From Camelus ferus (taxonomy: Eukaryota), in the NCBI RefSeq assembly GCF_009834535.1, contig NC_045696.1, forward strand, positions 23,810,001 through 23,874,000: a stretch of 64,000 bases of DNA. Direction: 5' to 3'. Shown here piece by piece: positions 27,144 to 40,074 of this stretch. The notes under the pieces were generated by a model. That model was not told the DNA's origin. It worked only from the letters and a program-made list of their open reading frames with translations, and made no database searches. The translations under genes were made by a program, and so were the position numbers. The stretch's first letter is position 1; each line of letters starts with the position of its first letter.

Positions 27144-28139
27144 TAATAACCTGTCCTTTATCTTCAAGCTTCCCTTTCCTTTCTTCTCTTTGTCATCACT
27201 CAATAAACAATTAAATGTTCTCACATTCTAAAACTTTGCCTCGTACCTTTCACCAGGCACTGTCCTTTACAACCACCGCCTCACAATTAAATCTACTGAA
27301 GGAGTTGTCCATATTTGCTGCCTCTTGTTTCAACTTCACCCATCCTCCAAACCTCTTAAATTTGGCTTTTGCTCTTGCCATCCGTAGAAACCATCCTTGC
27401 CAAAGCCAGCAATGACTGGCTTCCTTGTTGCTAAATCACTGCAGTCTTCCCTTGTCTGACCTCTGCAGAGAGGTCCTCTTCCCACTGCTGACCATCCTCT
27501 TTTGTTCCTTAACCCTACACTTGTTGCACTTCATCTCATTGATTGAAATCTCAGATTTCTCTGCATAATCCCCAAACTTTGGTATTTCTCACGATTCTAT
27601 CTTAGATTGTCTTCTCATTTCAATTTGCACACTTTCTAGGAAAAGTCTCCATCATTTCCTGTTGTGGCTTTACTAATCCTCTGTCTCTATGTTGATGACC
27701 CCCAAGTTCGTCTTTCTAGAGGAAACCTCTCTCCTAAATTTTTGGCTTAAAACTCCTCCTTCCTGCAAGATGTCTCTTGGATGTTCCATGACCTCATCAA
27801 AATCAACAGTTGCAAATCTGAGCTCACCTTTTCTATAAACCTGCTCTATCTCTCCTTCCACCCACTGGTTAAAACTGGAAATCTGAGAATTTCTGCCCAG
27901 TCTGCTCCTTTTCCTTTACTTCAGAATTCCGAGGTATTAATCAAACCATTACTTCTTTCTTTATCCATGCTGTGACTCACCTAATTCAGTCCATCATCTT
28001 ATTTTTAGTAGCCTCAAAAGGGATCTTCTTTCCCTAGTCAGATCTCCTTTCAACTTACTCTCCACACTGCAGACAATGATTTTTCCAAAATGCAAATCTT
28101 AAGCATGTATTGCTACTATGTTCAAAAATGCTCACTCTC

Positions 28140-28616
28140 TTTTTTTAAAATAACTAGTCTCCATGCTGTATATTACAACCCATGATTTGTTTATTTTATA
28201 ACTGGAAATTTATACCTTTTGATCCTCTTCACCCATTTTACCCATCCTCACCTCTTGCCTCTGGCAACCACTCTTCTCTCAGTATCTATCTATGAGCTTA
28301 TTTTTTTCTAGATTCCTCATATAAGTTGAGATTATATGATATTTGTCTTTCCCTGTCTGACTTATTTCACTTAGCATAATACCCTCAAAGTCCCTCCATG
28401 TGGTCACAAATGGCAAGATTTCATTATTTTTTATAATTGTGTAATATTCTATTGTATATATACACCATATTTTCTTTATCTGTTTATCCACTGATGGACA
28501 CTTAGGCTGCTTCCATAACTTGGCTATCATAAATAGTGCTGCAGTGAACATACGGGTGTGTATAACTTTTTGAGTTTGTGGTTTCATTGTCTTAGAGAAA
28601 TACCCAGAAGTCAAAT
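28140..28616 (-). mobile_element. L1 fragment (ORF2 C-terminus and 3' UTR)
   Basis: ORF 28279-28614 contains MFTAALFMIAKLWKQPKCPSVDKQIKKIWCIYTIEYY, which is the L1 ORF2 C-terminus. Confidence 0.92.
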
Positions 28617-28749
28617 TAATGACTCTTTATTACACAGAAGGTAAAATCAAAATTTTTGAACAGGCCCCACATGATCCCTTATCTTCCAGACCCTCTTCAC
28701 CATTCTTCCTCTTGCTTTTTAATATTCCGACCATTTAGAATTTAAAATA

Positions 28750-28902
28750 GCTTCCTTCTTCTCTCCTCTCCTCTCTTCTTTCTTCTCCTTCCACCCTTCT
28801 TCTCCTCTTTCTCTCCTCCAGGTCTTTGTACAGCCTCTTCCTTTTGTGTTGAATTTTTCACTACACAGGTGCACACACACACACTTTCACACACTGTCTC
28901 TT

Positions 28903-28934
<32 letters not shown>

Positions 28935-28940
28935 TCACTC
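28750..28940. repeat. CT-rich low complexity plus (CA)n/(CT)n microsatellites
   Basis: Directly visible. Confidence 0.85.
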
Positions 28941-28974
28941 TATTACATGCTTTCTCTGGCTAAATTATACACAT

Positions 28975-29570
28975 GCAGTTGATGGGAATGTAAAATGGTA
29001 TACCTAATATGAAAAACAGTTCAACATTTGCTTAAAAATTAAAAATACAATTATCATGTGATCCAAAAGAATTGAAAGCAAGATTTCAAAGACATATTTG
29101 AACATCCATGTTCAAAGCAGCATTATTTACAATAGTCAAAAGGTGGAGCAACCCAATTGTTCATCTATGGGTGAGGTATATACATACAATGGAGTATTAT
29201 TCAGCCTTGAATAAGATGGGGATTCTGACATACGCTACAATATGAATTAACTGTGAAGACATTATGCTAAGTGAAATAATCCAGTCACAAAAAGACAAAT
29301 ACTAGATGAGTCCCCTTGTATGAAGTGGACCTAGAATAGTTAAATTCATAGACAGAGAAAGTAGAATGGTGATTACCAAGGGTTGGTGGGAGGCATGGGG
29401 GCGAAAGAGAAATGGGCATTTGTTGTTAAATGGATACAGAGGATCAGTTTTGCAAAATGAAGAGTTCTGGAGATTGGCTGCACAACAATGTGAATGTATT
29501 GAACTGTATACTTAAAAATAGGTTTGATGGGAAATTTTCTGTTATATGTTTTTACTTAAATAAAAATTAA
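28975..29570 (+). mobile_element. L1MB-like 3' end
   Basis: 'gggaatgtaaaatggta...catgttcaaagcagcattatttacaatagtcaaaaggtgg...gagttctggagattggctgcacaacaatgtgaatgta'. Confidence 0.9.
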
Positions 29571-30194
29571 ATTACATAATTAAAAATATTTTATGGATTC
29601 CCAGAATGGTAATCAACATGTCTTCCTATTAAAGATAAACATTACATGTAGATATCAAAGAATTGTATGGTGATACTAAAAATAAATTAAAAATTCCTGG
29701 TGTCCACTGCACCATAAAAAAATATAGAATTTTTAGGAGAAAAAAATATCCTTTGCTTCTTCTTACAGGTCTTCAGTAAGTAAGTAACTTAATTGATTTA
29801 TCATTTTCTAAAAAGGAAAAAATTTAAAGGGCACTAGTATACATCTACCATAAGTGATACAAAAGATTGTGATACTATTCCCTTAGGGTATTCAGAAAAT
29901 AAATGTAGAATGTTATTTAAGATGCATTGTGTATAATTTTTCTCAGTAACATAGCCATATTTACTCCAATATTTGTTTTTTAGGAATTATGGAATTCTAC
30001 TATAATCATATTTTAGCAATGAATGCATGAGTACACTCAGAACAATTATGGGAATTGACTAGTCAACCAAGTAGGTAGAGTGAAATTTAAGATTCACTTA
30101 GCTGTCAGAGAATATAAATTACCTAAGATTTGCATGAGTCACTGTAGCTACTATACAGGTGCTCATCACCTTAATTCTTGTGCTGTAGAATGTC

Positions 30195-30750
30195 CTATAG
30201 TAGGCAGTCCCACGATGGCCCCAGTGCTCTTGGTCTCCTGCTTTTCATGTCCATGTATAATCTTCTCCCCTTGAGTGTGGGCTTCTGATGAATAGAATAT
30301 AGTAGAAGTGATAAGATGTCGCTTCCTAGATTATGCAAAAGAAAACTGGCTTCCATCTTGGATAGCTTCCTTCTCTGTCTCTCTGTCTCTCTCTATCTGT
30401 CTCTCTCTTTCCCTCTCTCTGCCTTTCTCTGGGAAACAAGCTGTAGTACTGTGAGTACCCTGTGGAGAAGCCCACGTGGCAAGAAAGTAGTATTTGGAGG
30501 TAACAACTCCTGAGGATCTAAGGCATGCCAAAAGCCACACCAATGAGCTCAGAAGTGGATCCTCCCTGAGTAGAGATGAGTGTAGTCCCAGCCACCCACT
30601 GACTACGTCTTAGAGAGATCCTGACTCAGGCACCTGGCTAAGCTGTGCCGACATTTCTGACCTACAGAAGCTATGAGATAATAAATCTCTCCTGTTTAAA
30701 GCTGGTAAACTAGGGGCTAATATGTTATACAGTGATAAATAACAAATACA
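30195..30750 (+). mobile_element. MaLR LTR (MLT1E/F-like)
   Basis: 'tccccttgagtgtgggc', 'gcccacgtggcaag', 'gaagtggatcctccc', ending 'tgttatacagtgataaataacaaataca'. Confidence 0.85.
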
Positions 30751-31179
30751 TTACCAAATGTTTCAAATATAATAAACTTTTAAAAGTAATGTTTGCATAT
30801 AATTTTCATACATTTTTAGGTAAAGCTACACACATACATGTATACATCCTTGTCCTAGTTTCTATTCCCCTTCCTTGTCCCCAGTCCTACACTATTAGGT
30901 TGGTCTAGCTTCTGATGCTTGGATCATACATGGTTAGCCTGATTTAATTGGCCCATTATTCTAGCCTTGTTTATAATCTTTTCAATGTTCTTAATAATCT
31001 CTTTTTCTCTCTTCCCAATCTGAATTAGAATACATATATATTTTTTCCTGTCTGCTTCCAATTATTTAAGAATGCCAGGAAAAAATAGTACCTATTTATG
31101 AGCTAAGGGGTGCTTAGGTGATGTAGTTAATTAGGACAATTCATATGTGGCTGGGTCCTCAAAAGCATCAGTCAGCAAT

Positions 31180-31825
31180 ACAGCGAATCCTTTGGTTTAT
31201 ATTGAGAATTTGTTTCTCATCATCCAGAATCACTATTATCACTTACCAAGATTATGCCAGTAGCCTCCTAATTGGCCTTCATCTTTCTACTCTTACTTTC
31301 CGTCAGTCTATTGGTTTTTTTTTTTTTTTCACTTTTTTTTAGATATCACATGTAAGTCCAATCTTTTAATCTTATAACCATGAACTTCTTGTCTATATCA
31401 CCAGGCCTCATCTCCCTCCAGCTACATCCTTATCTTTGCTCCCATTTTCCAGGGACACTCCCACTTTAGGGCTTTTGCTCTGGTGATAGCCATTTGCCTG
31501 AAGGGTTCTTTGCTTAAATATGCTCTTGGTTAACTTGTTACCTCTTTCAAGTCTTCATTCACAATTCAGCTTCTCAAAGAGACTCACTTTGATCTTTATT
31601 GTAAGTCCCTATGCCCTGCCCCAGACTTCAGAATTCACATCACTTGTCATCATCTTCTGATCTACAAAAAACTGACTTATTATTTGTTGCATTTATGGTT
31701 TGTTTTCTTTTGCCATTGGACTGTAAGGTCCATAAGGAAGGGATCTCTGCTTTGTTCACTGTGGTATCTCCATCACCTTGACCATTACTAGGCATATAGT
31801 AGGTGCTCAGTAAATATTCACTGCA
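31180..31825 (+). mobile_element. L2 3' portion
   Basis: Ends 'gactgtaaggtccataaggaagggatctctgctttgttcactg...atagtaggtgctcagtaaatatt'. Confidence 0.8.
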
Positions 31826-32529
31826 CTAAACTGCGAACAACTTGAATTGATTTTCCCTTTAGCTCTTGAAATATGAAAAATGGTAACAAAATATTGATGA
31901 TAAGTAAGTAAAAATGCTGAGAAGTTTTACTACTGAATAAAGGAAAACACTCTAGCCGCAGAGTCCTTATTTCCCCTCAAAACAAGGAAACTGATGAGCA
32001 TATTAACAAATAGGGCCATGATTTATTCATTACCATTTGCAGCATCTTGACTGAGAAAATTAAACCATTTTGTAGGTGCTTGATACACTCTGGGACCTTT
32101 TCAATTTCTTGACTGTTCTTCTCTCGTTCATTTTTCTTGTTTTCTTTAAAGGACTGTAGGCAAGTAAGCAATATTCTACTCCTCTAGCAAATAATTGATC
32201 ATTTGGCCTCTTGAACTCCTTCACGGAGCATGTCTTCACAGGTTTACTTAGCATCCTGAATGGGGTGATGAAATTAGAGAGAGATTTCTTACTGGAAACC
32301 ATGTAAAGAAAAAAAAGAGTAAATGCTTCTTATTTTGGCCGCAGTGCAAAATGAAACTGATTTGACCAGCAAAAGGCACTTTCCAACATCCTTTTTAAAA
32401 AATATATTTTACTGGTCTTCATTGTCTTGGGAGGAAAGATGCTTTTCCTCTCATCCTTCCTGTTGCTGTTCATATCAGCATTAATATCAAATCATAGATT
32501 TGGAATAGAAAAAGGCACATTGGTGAATT

Positions 32530-32645
32530 TTTTTTTACCATTGAGATATAATTCACATACAACACTGTGTTAGTTTTAGGTGTACACGGTAATGATTTGG
32601 TGTATGTATATACTGTGAAATGATTACTACAGTAAGTAAATCCAC
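32530..32645 (-). mobile_element. Short L1 3' end
   Basis: 'attgagatataattcacatacaacactgtgttagttttaggtgtacac...tgaaatgattactacagtaagt'. Confidence 0.75.
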
Positions 32646-33128
32646 TGCTAAAGACATCTTTTTTTAACCTCTGGGCTTCATCTTGAAATTATTAACAGTG
32701 TAGTTAGATTTCACATTATAATAGAAACCACTGTTAGGTATCAACTTGAGATGAAATATTTCCCATGTACATATTATTTTTCATCATATTTTCCGTTAAA
32801 CAAAATCCTCCTATTTTAACCTATGTAGGTTGACCTTCAGAGATCTCATAATAAGTTATAGTAAAACAAAGCCATGATGATAATGAAGAAGAAAGAAAGA
32901 AAAAGACACATTAGTCTCTAAGTTTTAAATGAGAAAGTAGATTATAAAAATCAAAACCAAATTCCTTTGTGTTTCATCTTAGGTAAAGCCTTATTGAAAC
33001 ATTATAGATTGAATCCTTTCTAAAATATCTTTATAATAAAAAGGTATATATAATAAAAACATTTCCAAACCTTGGCTTGTGATCTAATAATTGTAAGTAA
33101 TGATATCTAATGCAACCAAATTCTAGAC

Positions 33129-33331
33129 CAGGAGTTAGCAAATTTATTGCCTCTTTTGGTAAATAAAATTTTGGGGAACATATGTGTGTCCATTCTTTTT
33201 CATACTGTCTGTAGCTCTTTTGTGCTACAACAGCAGAGTTCAATAGCTGTGACAGAGATTGTATGGTCTACAAACCTAAAATATGTACTATCTAGCCCTT
33301 TACAGGAAAAAAAAAAATTGCTGACCCCTTG
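33129..33331. mobile_element. MER58A-like hAT-Charlie MITE
   Basis: CAGGAGTTAGCAAA ... TTGCTGACCCCTTG termini; 8-bp TSD TTCTAGAC (33121-33128) and TTTTAGAC (33332-33339). Confidence 0.9.
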
Positions 33332-33842
33332 TTTTAGACAAATAAAAAACTGGGGCAGCTTTTTATATTTCTTTACACTGAAGTTAACCTCAGATTCCCT
33401 TCTATCACTAAAGAGGGAAGGAGAACTTGGAAAAATTTCGGAGTTTTCTGGCTGTGAGTAGTTGGTAAGAATTGACCAGGAAAAGACAGAAAGAATATTG
33501 GCCCACATCAGCTTCTGAGGCTGGCCACTTTCACGTCCCCATATTCTCCCTCTGTCCTCTGTTAAGTCCTCCCACTGTGTGCCTAAGACACATGAGTCTT
33601 CATGAGCTCTTATCTTTAACAAAAATATTTCTTTCCATCATGACCTTCTGACTTTCTTCCTTTCCTAAAGTGATCTCTCTCACCCAAGTGTAGTTGGGTG
33701 CACTTGTCCACTGGTTTGACCTAGATGTGTCCTATGATTCCGTGGGCTACTTTGCCCCTCATTGCTGGGTGCCGAGATTCTGACTCTTAGTCTTGATTCT
33801 TAAGCCTTAAATTTCAATTACATGTTTAGTGTCTGATTCCTA

Positions 33843-34010
33843 TTTTATTTTTTAATGAAGTGTAGTTGACTTACAGTGTTAGTTTCAGGTGTACAGCAAA
33901 GAAATTCAGTTATACATATACATGCATATATATAATTTTTCAGATTCTTTTCCATTATAGCTTATCATGAGAAATTGAATATAGTTCCCTGTGCAATACA
34001 GTAGATCCTC
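33843..34010 (-). mobile_element. Short L1 3' end
   Basis: L1 3' UTR with degenerate TSD AGTGTCTGATTCCTA (33828-33842) and AGTTTCTGATTCTTA (34011-34025). Confidence 0.85.
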
Positions 34011-34084
34011 AGTTTCTGATTCTTAGATTCTGATCGCAGGCTGCTCTTCCTGTTCTGTTCCCTGATCAAACAAGAGACAGTGAG

Positions 34085-34452
34085 TATTAGATAGTATTAA
34101 CAGGTCATCAGAGGAAAATCACAGGAACCAAAATTACTTATTCTTAAGAAGAAAGGGCAAATAGAAAATTAAGACTGCTAAATTCTGAAGTTCCTCAACT
34201 AGGTTCCATATGGGGAAAGGGAATCAATTATTTTGTATATTCACAGAAAGATAGGTGTGAACAAATTTGGTAAACATGAGGATTGGGATAAAACAGTACG
34301 AAAAAAATTTGCCAAGAATAATAAAATTGCAAGGTGGAAAAATTCTGTAAACAAGATAGATCTCAATATCTTGGGATATAGAATAAACACTGAAGCTTAA
34401 AATCAGGGGACAATGTTGGTGACTTATAAAATGTCCTCAAATTTTATGATTG
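34085..34452 (+). mobile_element. Possible CR1/L3 3' fragment
   Basis: Ends in an L3-like terminus 'tgacttataaaatgtcctcaaattttatgatt'; highly diverged. Confidence 0.4.
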
Positions 34453-35359
34453 AAGCAATAGCTCTCACATTATTTTTACTGAGAAAAGGCTGGAGGCAAA
34501 ACAGAAAAGCTGTATTTCACAACATTAAAAAAAAAAAAAACTACCATGAAAAAATACTGTTATATAAGCAAATTCTTTAGTATTTTCCTTTAGATCATCT
34601 AATATTCAGGTTACACTAAGAGGGTTTTTTCTTTTACTCTAAAGTAATAAAAACAATTTCCTATGTTCTTAAATATTTTTACTTTCTAGCGTTTAAACCA
34701 TATGAGATTTCCTTTGTCTGACTTTTATTTTTCAAATATTTACTAGCTTTTCTGATCCTTTATCTCATTCTTATTTGCTGATTTCAAGTACTGACTTGAG
34801 CATTTCTAATTCCTTGTATCATTCATGGACTTGACACAGATCCACTGGTCTGTATGAAACCTTATATATGTCCACAATACTGTTTCCATTATGAGAAGTA
34901 TAATTCACTATCTGTTATAGCAAGTCTTCTTCATTTACCTTTTCATTCAAAAGAATCCGGATTTTTATCCTATCTATATTCTTCTTGATCAACTTTATAA
35001 TATATGTAATTCAATTTTATAAAATATACATGCATATTTTATGTATACATGGCATACAGGGTTTATAAATGCTCTGAAAAAAATCTTGCAAGCAACCATC
35101 AAACTGGTAATGTTGGCTTTCTGGAGAAGGAGGAAAGGATGATGGTCATGGGATGGAAGGGCAGACTTCTCCTTGCCTTCCTAGATGTGTTCTTTCTCCC
35201 CACTACCTTTTCTCTGTTTGTGGTTATTTCCAATTCTCAGTTATTTTGACCCCTTATCACTAGGGGGATGGTAGATTGTTCTTAAGTATTTCTTGCAAAG
35301 GGGAGGAGGACATATTGCAAATACTCATACATGAATAATTTTTATCTTTGATAAAAAGG

Positions 35360-36960
35360 AGAAATGCAATTAGAGACTATTATCACATGGTGGTCATAGG
35401 GATAGAGAGGAGGGATGGATGTGAAAGTAACATCGGAAAGAGAGTCACAGAAAGTGGGCTTTCAGCATAGAATGACAGAAATTGGATACTAAGTGGAAAA
35501 AGTGGAGGTTGGCTAGAAATATTCTCCATGTTTCTAGCTAGGAAATGGGATCATTGAGGGGTACTTTTGACTAAGCATGAGAATGCCACAGAAGAAGAAG
35601 AGTTAGTGGAAGCATAATGAAATCATCTTTGTAAAGGTTGATTTTAAAATGTTTTTGGTTACCTAAGAGGAGCTCTCCAAGGACAGATGGATAAATGAGA
35701 CTGCGCCTTAGAACAGTGGACTTGAGATTCATCAGCGTAAACATGATGGTTCAACCAGAGAATAGGACTCAGAAAGCTGAGGAGAAAGTGGAAGATAAAG
35801 AATGAGACAGAAGACCAAGAGTTTCCGAAAGACTGCAAAAGTTAGAACAGAGAAGTGGGTGGAGAAGAAGCAGGTGACGAAGGAAAACGCTTCATGTAGA
35901 AAGTGTCAGACATTACAGAGGGGTTGAGAACCAAACGTGCTAAGAAGTGGAAATAGCAGAAAGAGTCTTAAGAATTGTGCATTGCATTTGACCCTAGTAA
36001 GGAGCTATTTCAGTGGAGATGAGGATGGTAGGCTGATTAGTAACAGAGGGATAGACTATTCTTTCAATACTGTTGTCAATGAGGAAAGATACTGTGCTGA
36101 AATGGGAATCTAGAAAGTAGGCTGGCCTTAGTTTTAGGTAAAAGGGGCTGTGGATGAGAAACCTATCTTCAAGAAGACCAAAAAAGAAGTCTTATCGTAA
36201 AGGAGAACCAGGGTTAAGACACAGCAGGTGGATGGAGGGAAAGCTGGTGGATGGAGCACTTGAATGAAAGGGGGGATTTATTTATAGTAGAATGAGGGTT
36301 CCATATGGCACCGCAGAAATACTTTAATATGATTCTCTAGCCATATGTGCTAGGAACTGGGGGTGGTAGGGAAAGAAGACATTGTTCCAGCATCCACGAA
36401 GCTAATGGCTGGTAGAGATACTCATCTAGTTAACAAATATTTAATAACAGGCTACTGTGTGCTAAGACACACTGTTCCAGGCACTGAGGATAGAGTAGGG
36501 GACACAAAGCAAGGCCTAGGCCCTCAGAAAGATTGTATTCCAGTGGAGGCAGACATGTAAAGAAAGTCCTTAACCATGTAAAGAGCTATGATAGCTGCCT
36601 TGCCCCTTAGAATTGACAATTTTCTCCACCTTTGCTCCTATTAAACCCTACATAGGAAGCAAAAATGGAGGGACTTGTCAGTTCTATGGAGCAAGGCAGC
36701 CAGGAAAATGCAGGTGGAGATTCTCCTTTGCAAAGAACGGGATGATGATTGAGATGAGTCTTAAAAGAAGAATGGATATTCACCAGATGAAACACGTAGG
36801 GAAAGGCAGAACAGGCAGAGGGAGCGCCGTGAGCAAAGGCTAGGAGTTTGACCGGAAAATGGAGTGGGAATAGGAGGATGACTCATCAGAGAGGAACAAA
36901 GAGGGTGAGCATCAGGATGTGAGAGGACAGATGCCTGTTGGAGCGTGCACTTTGGGTGGA
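35360..36960 (-). mobile_element. Degenerate L2 fragments
   Basis: Purine-rich antisense L2 ('gagattcatcagcgtaaacatgatggtt', 'gagctatttcagtggag', 'aacaaatatttaataacaggctactgtgtgctaagacac'). Confidence 0.7.
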
Positions 36961-37049
36961 GGCCAAGGATGGCAGGAATGAAGAGCTTTGTGGGATTAAG
37001 TGGCCCCAAGGTTCTGAAAGACTCTGGCTTAGAGTGCTGTTCACCCTGG

Positions 37050-37422
37050 CACGAAGAGAGTCATGACCGGTGATGTAGTCAGTGGCCCAGCCCAGTCAGC
37101 AGGCATGGTCAGAGTTCCAAAATGGAAGCCTTGGGAAAGTGCTCCGTGCTTCTGCTGAGCTTGGCCCAGCTTGGCTGGAGGGACAGTGGTGAAGTAAGTT
37201 CTTAGACATGATGAGATCGTATGGCAAGTGAAGGACTCCTCTATGGCCATGGATGAACAGTATGTGGAAGCATCTGGGTAGATCCTCCCACAGGTCCTCT
37301 ATCAGGCGACATCACCATGGGCAAGGGAGTCAGTTTCCTGTAAGGTCCCGATCTTGTCCAATATGAAAGGAGTGAGAGTCAATGAGCCCTTAGGTCACTT
37401 CTGTCCCTGAAATTCTAAGAAT
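37050..37422 (+). mobile_element. CR1/L3 3' fragment
   Basis: Ends 'atgagcccttaggtcacttctgtccctgaaattctaagaatc', an L3/MIR3-type 3' terminus. Confidence 0.5.
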
Positions 37423-38049
37423 CTTGCTTGTGAACAAAACTTGAGATCAGGAAATATGCTTTCCTTGTTTTTCTAATTTTACTTTGGAACAACTCTTTTC
37501 TCAAAAACAAAATGAAACCTTTTAGTAAAGGACTCAACACAGTGCAATCAATGTGTAATCAATTGATTCATGCCATATTGGCAGGAAATTTCTATTCTTC
37601 ACATTAGAAGGTAACCAGTTTTTATAAGTAAGGTCCAGGTGCAAATCATATAAATCGTATTTGCATTATCATTTTGTTCTCTTTGTGTTTTACTTCAGCT
37701 GTCTGACTACAAATGCTTCCAAGTTTTTGTCCTTTCTGATTTTTCAGCTGGTAAAGCTGCATGCAAATTAAGCTACACCCAAAGATCTCGGTCCTGAAAG
37801 CGGGAGGCCTGGGGAGAAAAATATTTTTACAAAGCTCTTCAAATTGAAGAATATTTATTATCCTGAAGTCTATCAGTACTGTGTTCAAATAAACACGGGA
37901 GTAGCCATAGAAAACTTGAGAGATGATAAAGTGTCAGGGAAACTAAATCGTTTGAATTTATCTGCACGAGTGCTCCAAATCTTTCAGTTTGGGAAGAATG
38001 TCTCCCTGTTGCTTTCTCATCTTTATGATAATTTGTAGTTGGTTTCCTC

Positions 38050-38720
38050 CTTCCATAGCTCCAGCATTCCGTTGACCCAATGTGATTTCTCTTTTATTAA
38101 TGTTTACCCTCCTTCCTACTGAGTCTGCCGCGATTTCGTTCATGAGCTTTTTCATTTCTTTGTAGATAATACCCGTACTGACCAAAAATGAGCTCAAATC
38201 CTGACTCATGGAGGCCCCCCGGACACTCTCCTATGGAAAACTCGGCTCCGGCTCCTTGATTGCGCTGCCATTTGTCACTATTCTTTGTTTACAGTCCTTG
38301 AGCCAGTTTTCAATCCATGCGATAGCACTTCTGTCCAAATCCATTTGTATTAATTTTTCGAGTCAGATTTCGCAAGGCGCTGCATCCGATGGATTAGGGA
38401 GGTCCAAGCATATTACACCTATCTGTTCCCTGCATACAGTGATTTTGTAATTGGATTTATTTTATTTTTTTTAAGTGAGGATGGGGAGGCGATCGCGTTT
38501 CGGCGCGATCTTCCAGCGCTGTGGCAGTGCCTGGTGAATATTCATGGCTGGAGGCATTGACGAAGGCGCGAGTTTAATATCGGTGATGAAGTGAGGATTT
38601 TTTTTTTTTAATGGGACTGAAATGCCAGCTGCTCCTCACATTCCTCGCACTGGATTGTCTAACGAGGCGGCCCCCTTTTCAGCAGTTCCAGCCAGGAATC
38701 TTTGAGTCATTTTTGATCCT
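38050..38720 (-). mobile_element. Ancient CR1-clade LINE reverse-transcriptase remnant
   Basis: Minus-strand translation of about 38450-38245 gives ITKSLYAG/QIGVICLDLPNPSDAAPCEI*LEKLIQMDLDRSAIAWIENWLKDCKQRIVTNGS. This is colinear with CR1 RT '[34 protein letters not shown]...GLD...WIKNWL.GR.QRVVVNGS'. Flanking similarity is weaker and the outer limits are uncertain. Confidence 0.8.
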
Positions 38721-40074
38721 CTTTTATCCTTTGATCAACATTTGATCTGTGGAACGAAGCCAAATTGTGAGAGTCCATCAAAGTCCCTCTCCCTGGCGCC
38801 CTGCTTCCCTGTCTTCTTCCTGCACCAGGCTATTAACGCTCCCATAGCCCTGGACTCCTTTCCAACCAGCTGTACCTCTGCACTTCTTTGTTCTTTGGTA
38901 GAAGGTGGCCACTGAGCTGTTTCAAATTGTTTTAAAAGTCAGCTGGTCAAGTCGACCCTAGTGCACCAGCCTCATTACTCAGGCACCTCGCCTTCTTAAA
39001 GTTGTTCAGAAGCCTTGGCTCCTGTGGTCCCCCATCTTCAGAGGGCTGGGAGCAGAGGCAGCTGTCTGGAATTTGCTGCCACTTTTTCAGGTCTTAAGAC
39101 ATTTAATCTCAATAAAAATCGAGCGGCTTTTGTGTATTGGTGGTCGAGGCAAAACGGTGGGCAGGGGGAAACATGGAGTTCTTGCCTGGGCTATCTAAGA
39201 GTATTATCATTTTAATAGTTCTCAGAGTCTTGTGCTATTTTAAAACAAAAACAGTTCTAGTCTAACTCTCTGAATCTGCCAATTTTTTCCCCCCTGCAAA
39301 TCACTCTGATGCAAACTCTCAAAAAGCTAAAAAGCAGCACTGTCAGGAAAGGATTCTAAGTATTATGTGTAACCCTTCGTTTGTATTTTAATGTGTCTCT
39401 CCTTCTCCAATGAGAAGTCACTGGTTTCTCACTTTGCCTCATTTCTTCAGTGCTTTGCTCCCATCTGACTGTCTGAACTTTGCACTGTGCTGCCCTCTCA
39501 AATCTCTGCCACCCCCCAAATGAATTTTATAATATTTGACCTTTTAATCTAGCAAATCAGGCCCTTCTGTAATTAAATTAAACTTTTCATGGGATGAACC
39601 CAACTATCAAATGTCATCTTATCTTCAGCGGCAGAAGTTGAAAAAGAAATATCAGACACGTAGACAAGAAGGAGTCAAAACAGATCATTAACACCAGACT
39701 AAATGCCTCTAGACTGTTTTACAATGATTTCATGCTTAGCTGTTGAAAATAAGCTGTCAAAAACTATGCTGCTGTCTGTTCAAGGAATTCGAAGTAATAA
39801 ACCAAATACATTTGCTTGGAAGACTGTCTGAAACAGCTCTGAAAAACATTAACAATTTCGTGTGGACATATGAATGCTGGAATGGATGGAATTGCTGTTT
39901 TTGAGACAGGAAGCGCTAAATGTGGACGTGCTACATGATGTTCATAAGAATGTCCTTTGCTAGTAAGCACTAATGGAAAATGAGAAAGAACCAATCAGAA
40001 TATACAGAACAACAATAAATATTAGAAGATGTAGCCCAAATTGCCATTAAATACTAACATAAATTTTAACTCCC

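Larger units (their letters stand above)
25700..28740 (+). mobile_element. Long degenerate L2, interrupted by an MLT1A and an L1
   Basis: Pyrimidine-rich L2 ORF2 remnants ('ttgttgctaaatc', 'gatgacccccaagttc', 'tctcttggatgttccatgacctcatcaaaatcaac', 'ctccacactgcag'). Confidence 0.7.

Noticed and set aside
28279..28614. 111-aa ORF as a host gene
   Set aside because: It is a degenerate L1 ORF2 C-terminus
37958..38450. ORFs of 83 aa and 80 aa as a domesticated RT protein
   Set aside because: The RT-like frame has a stop and frameshifts, and the catalytic motif is degenerate
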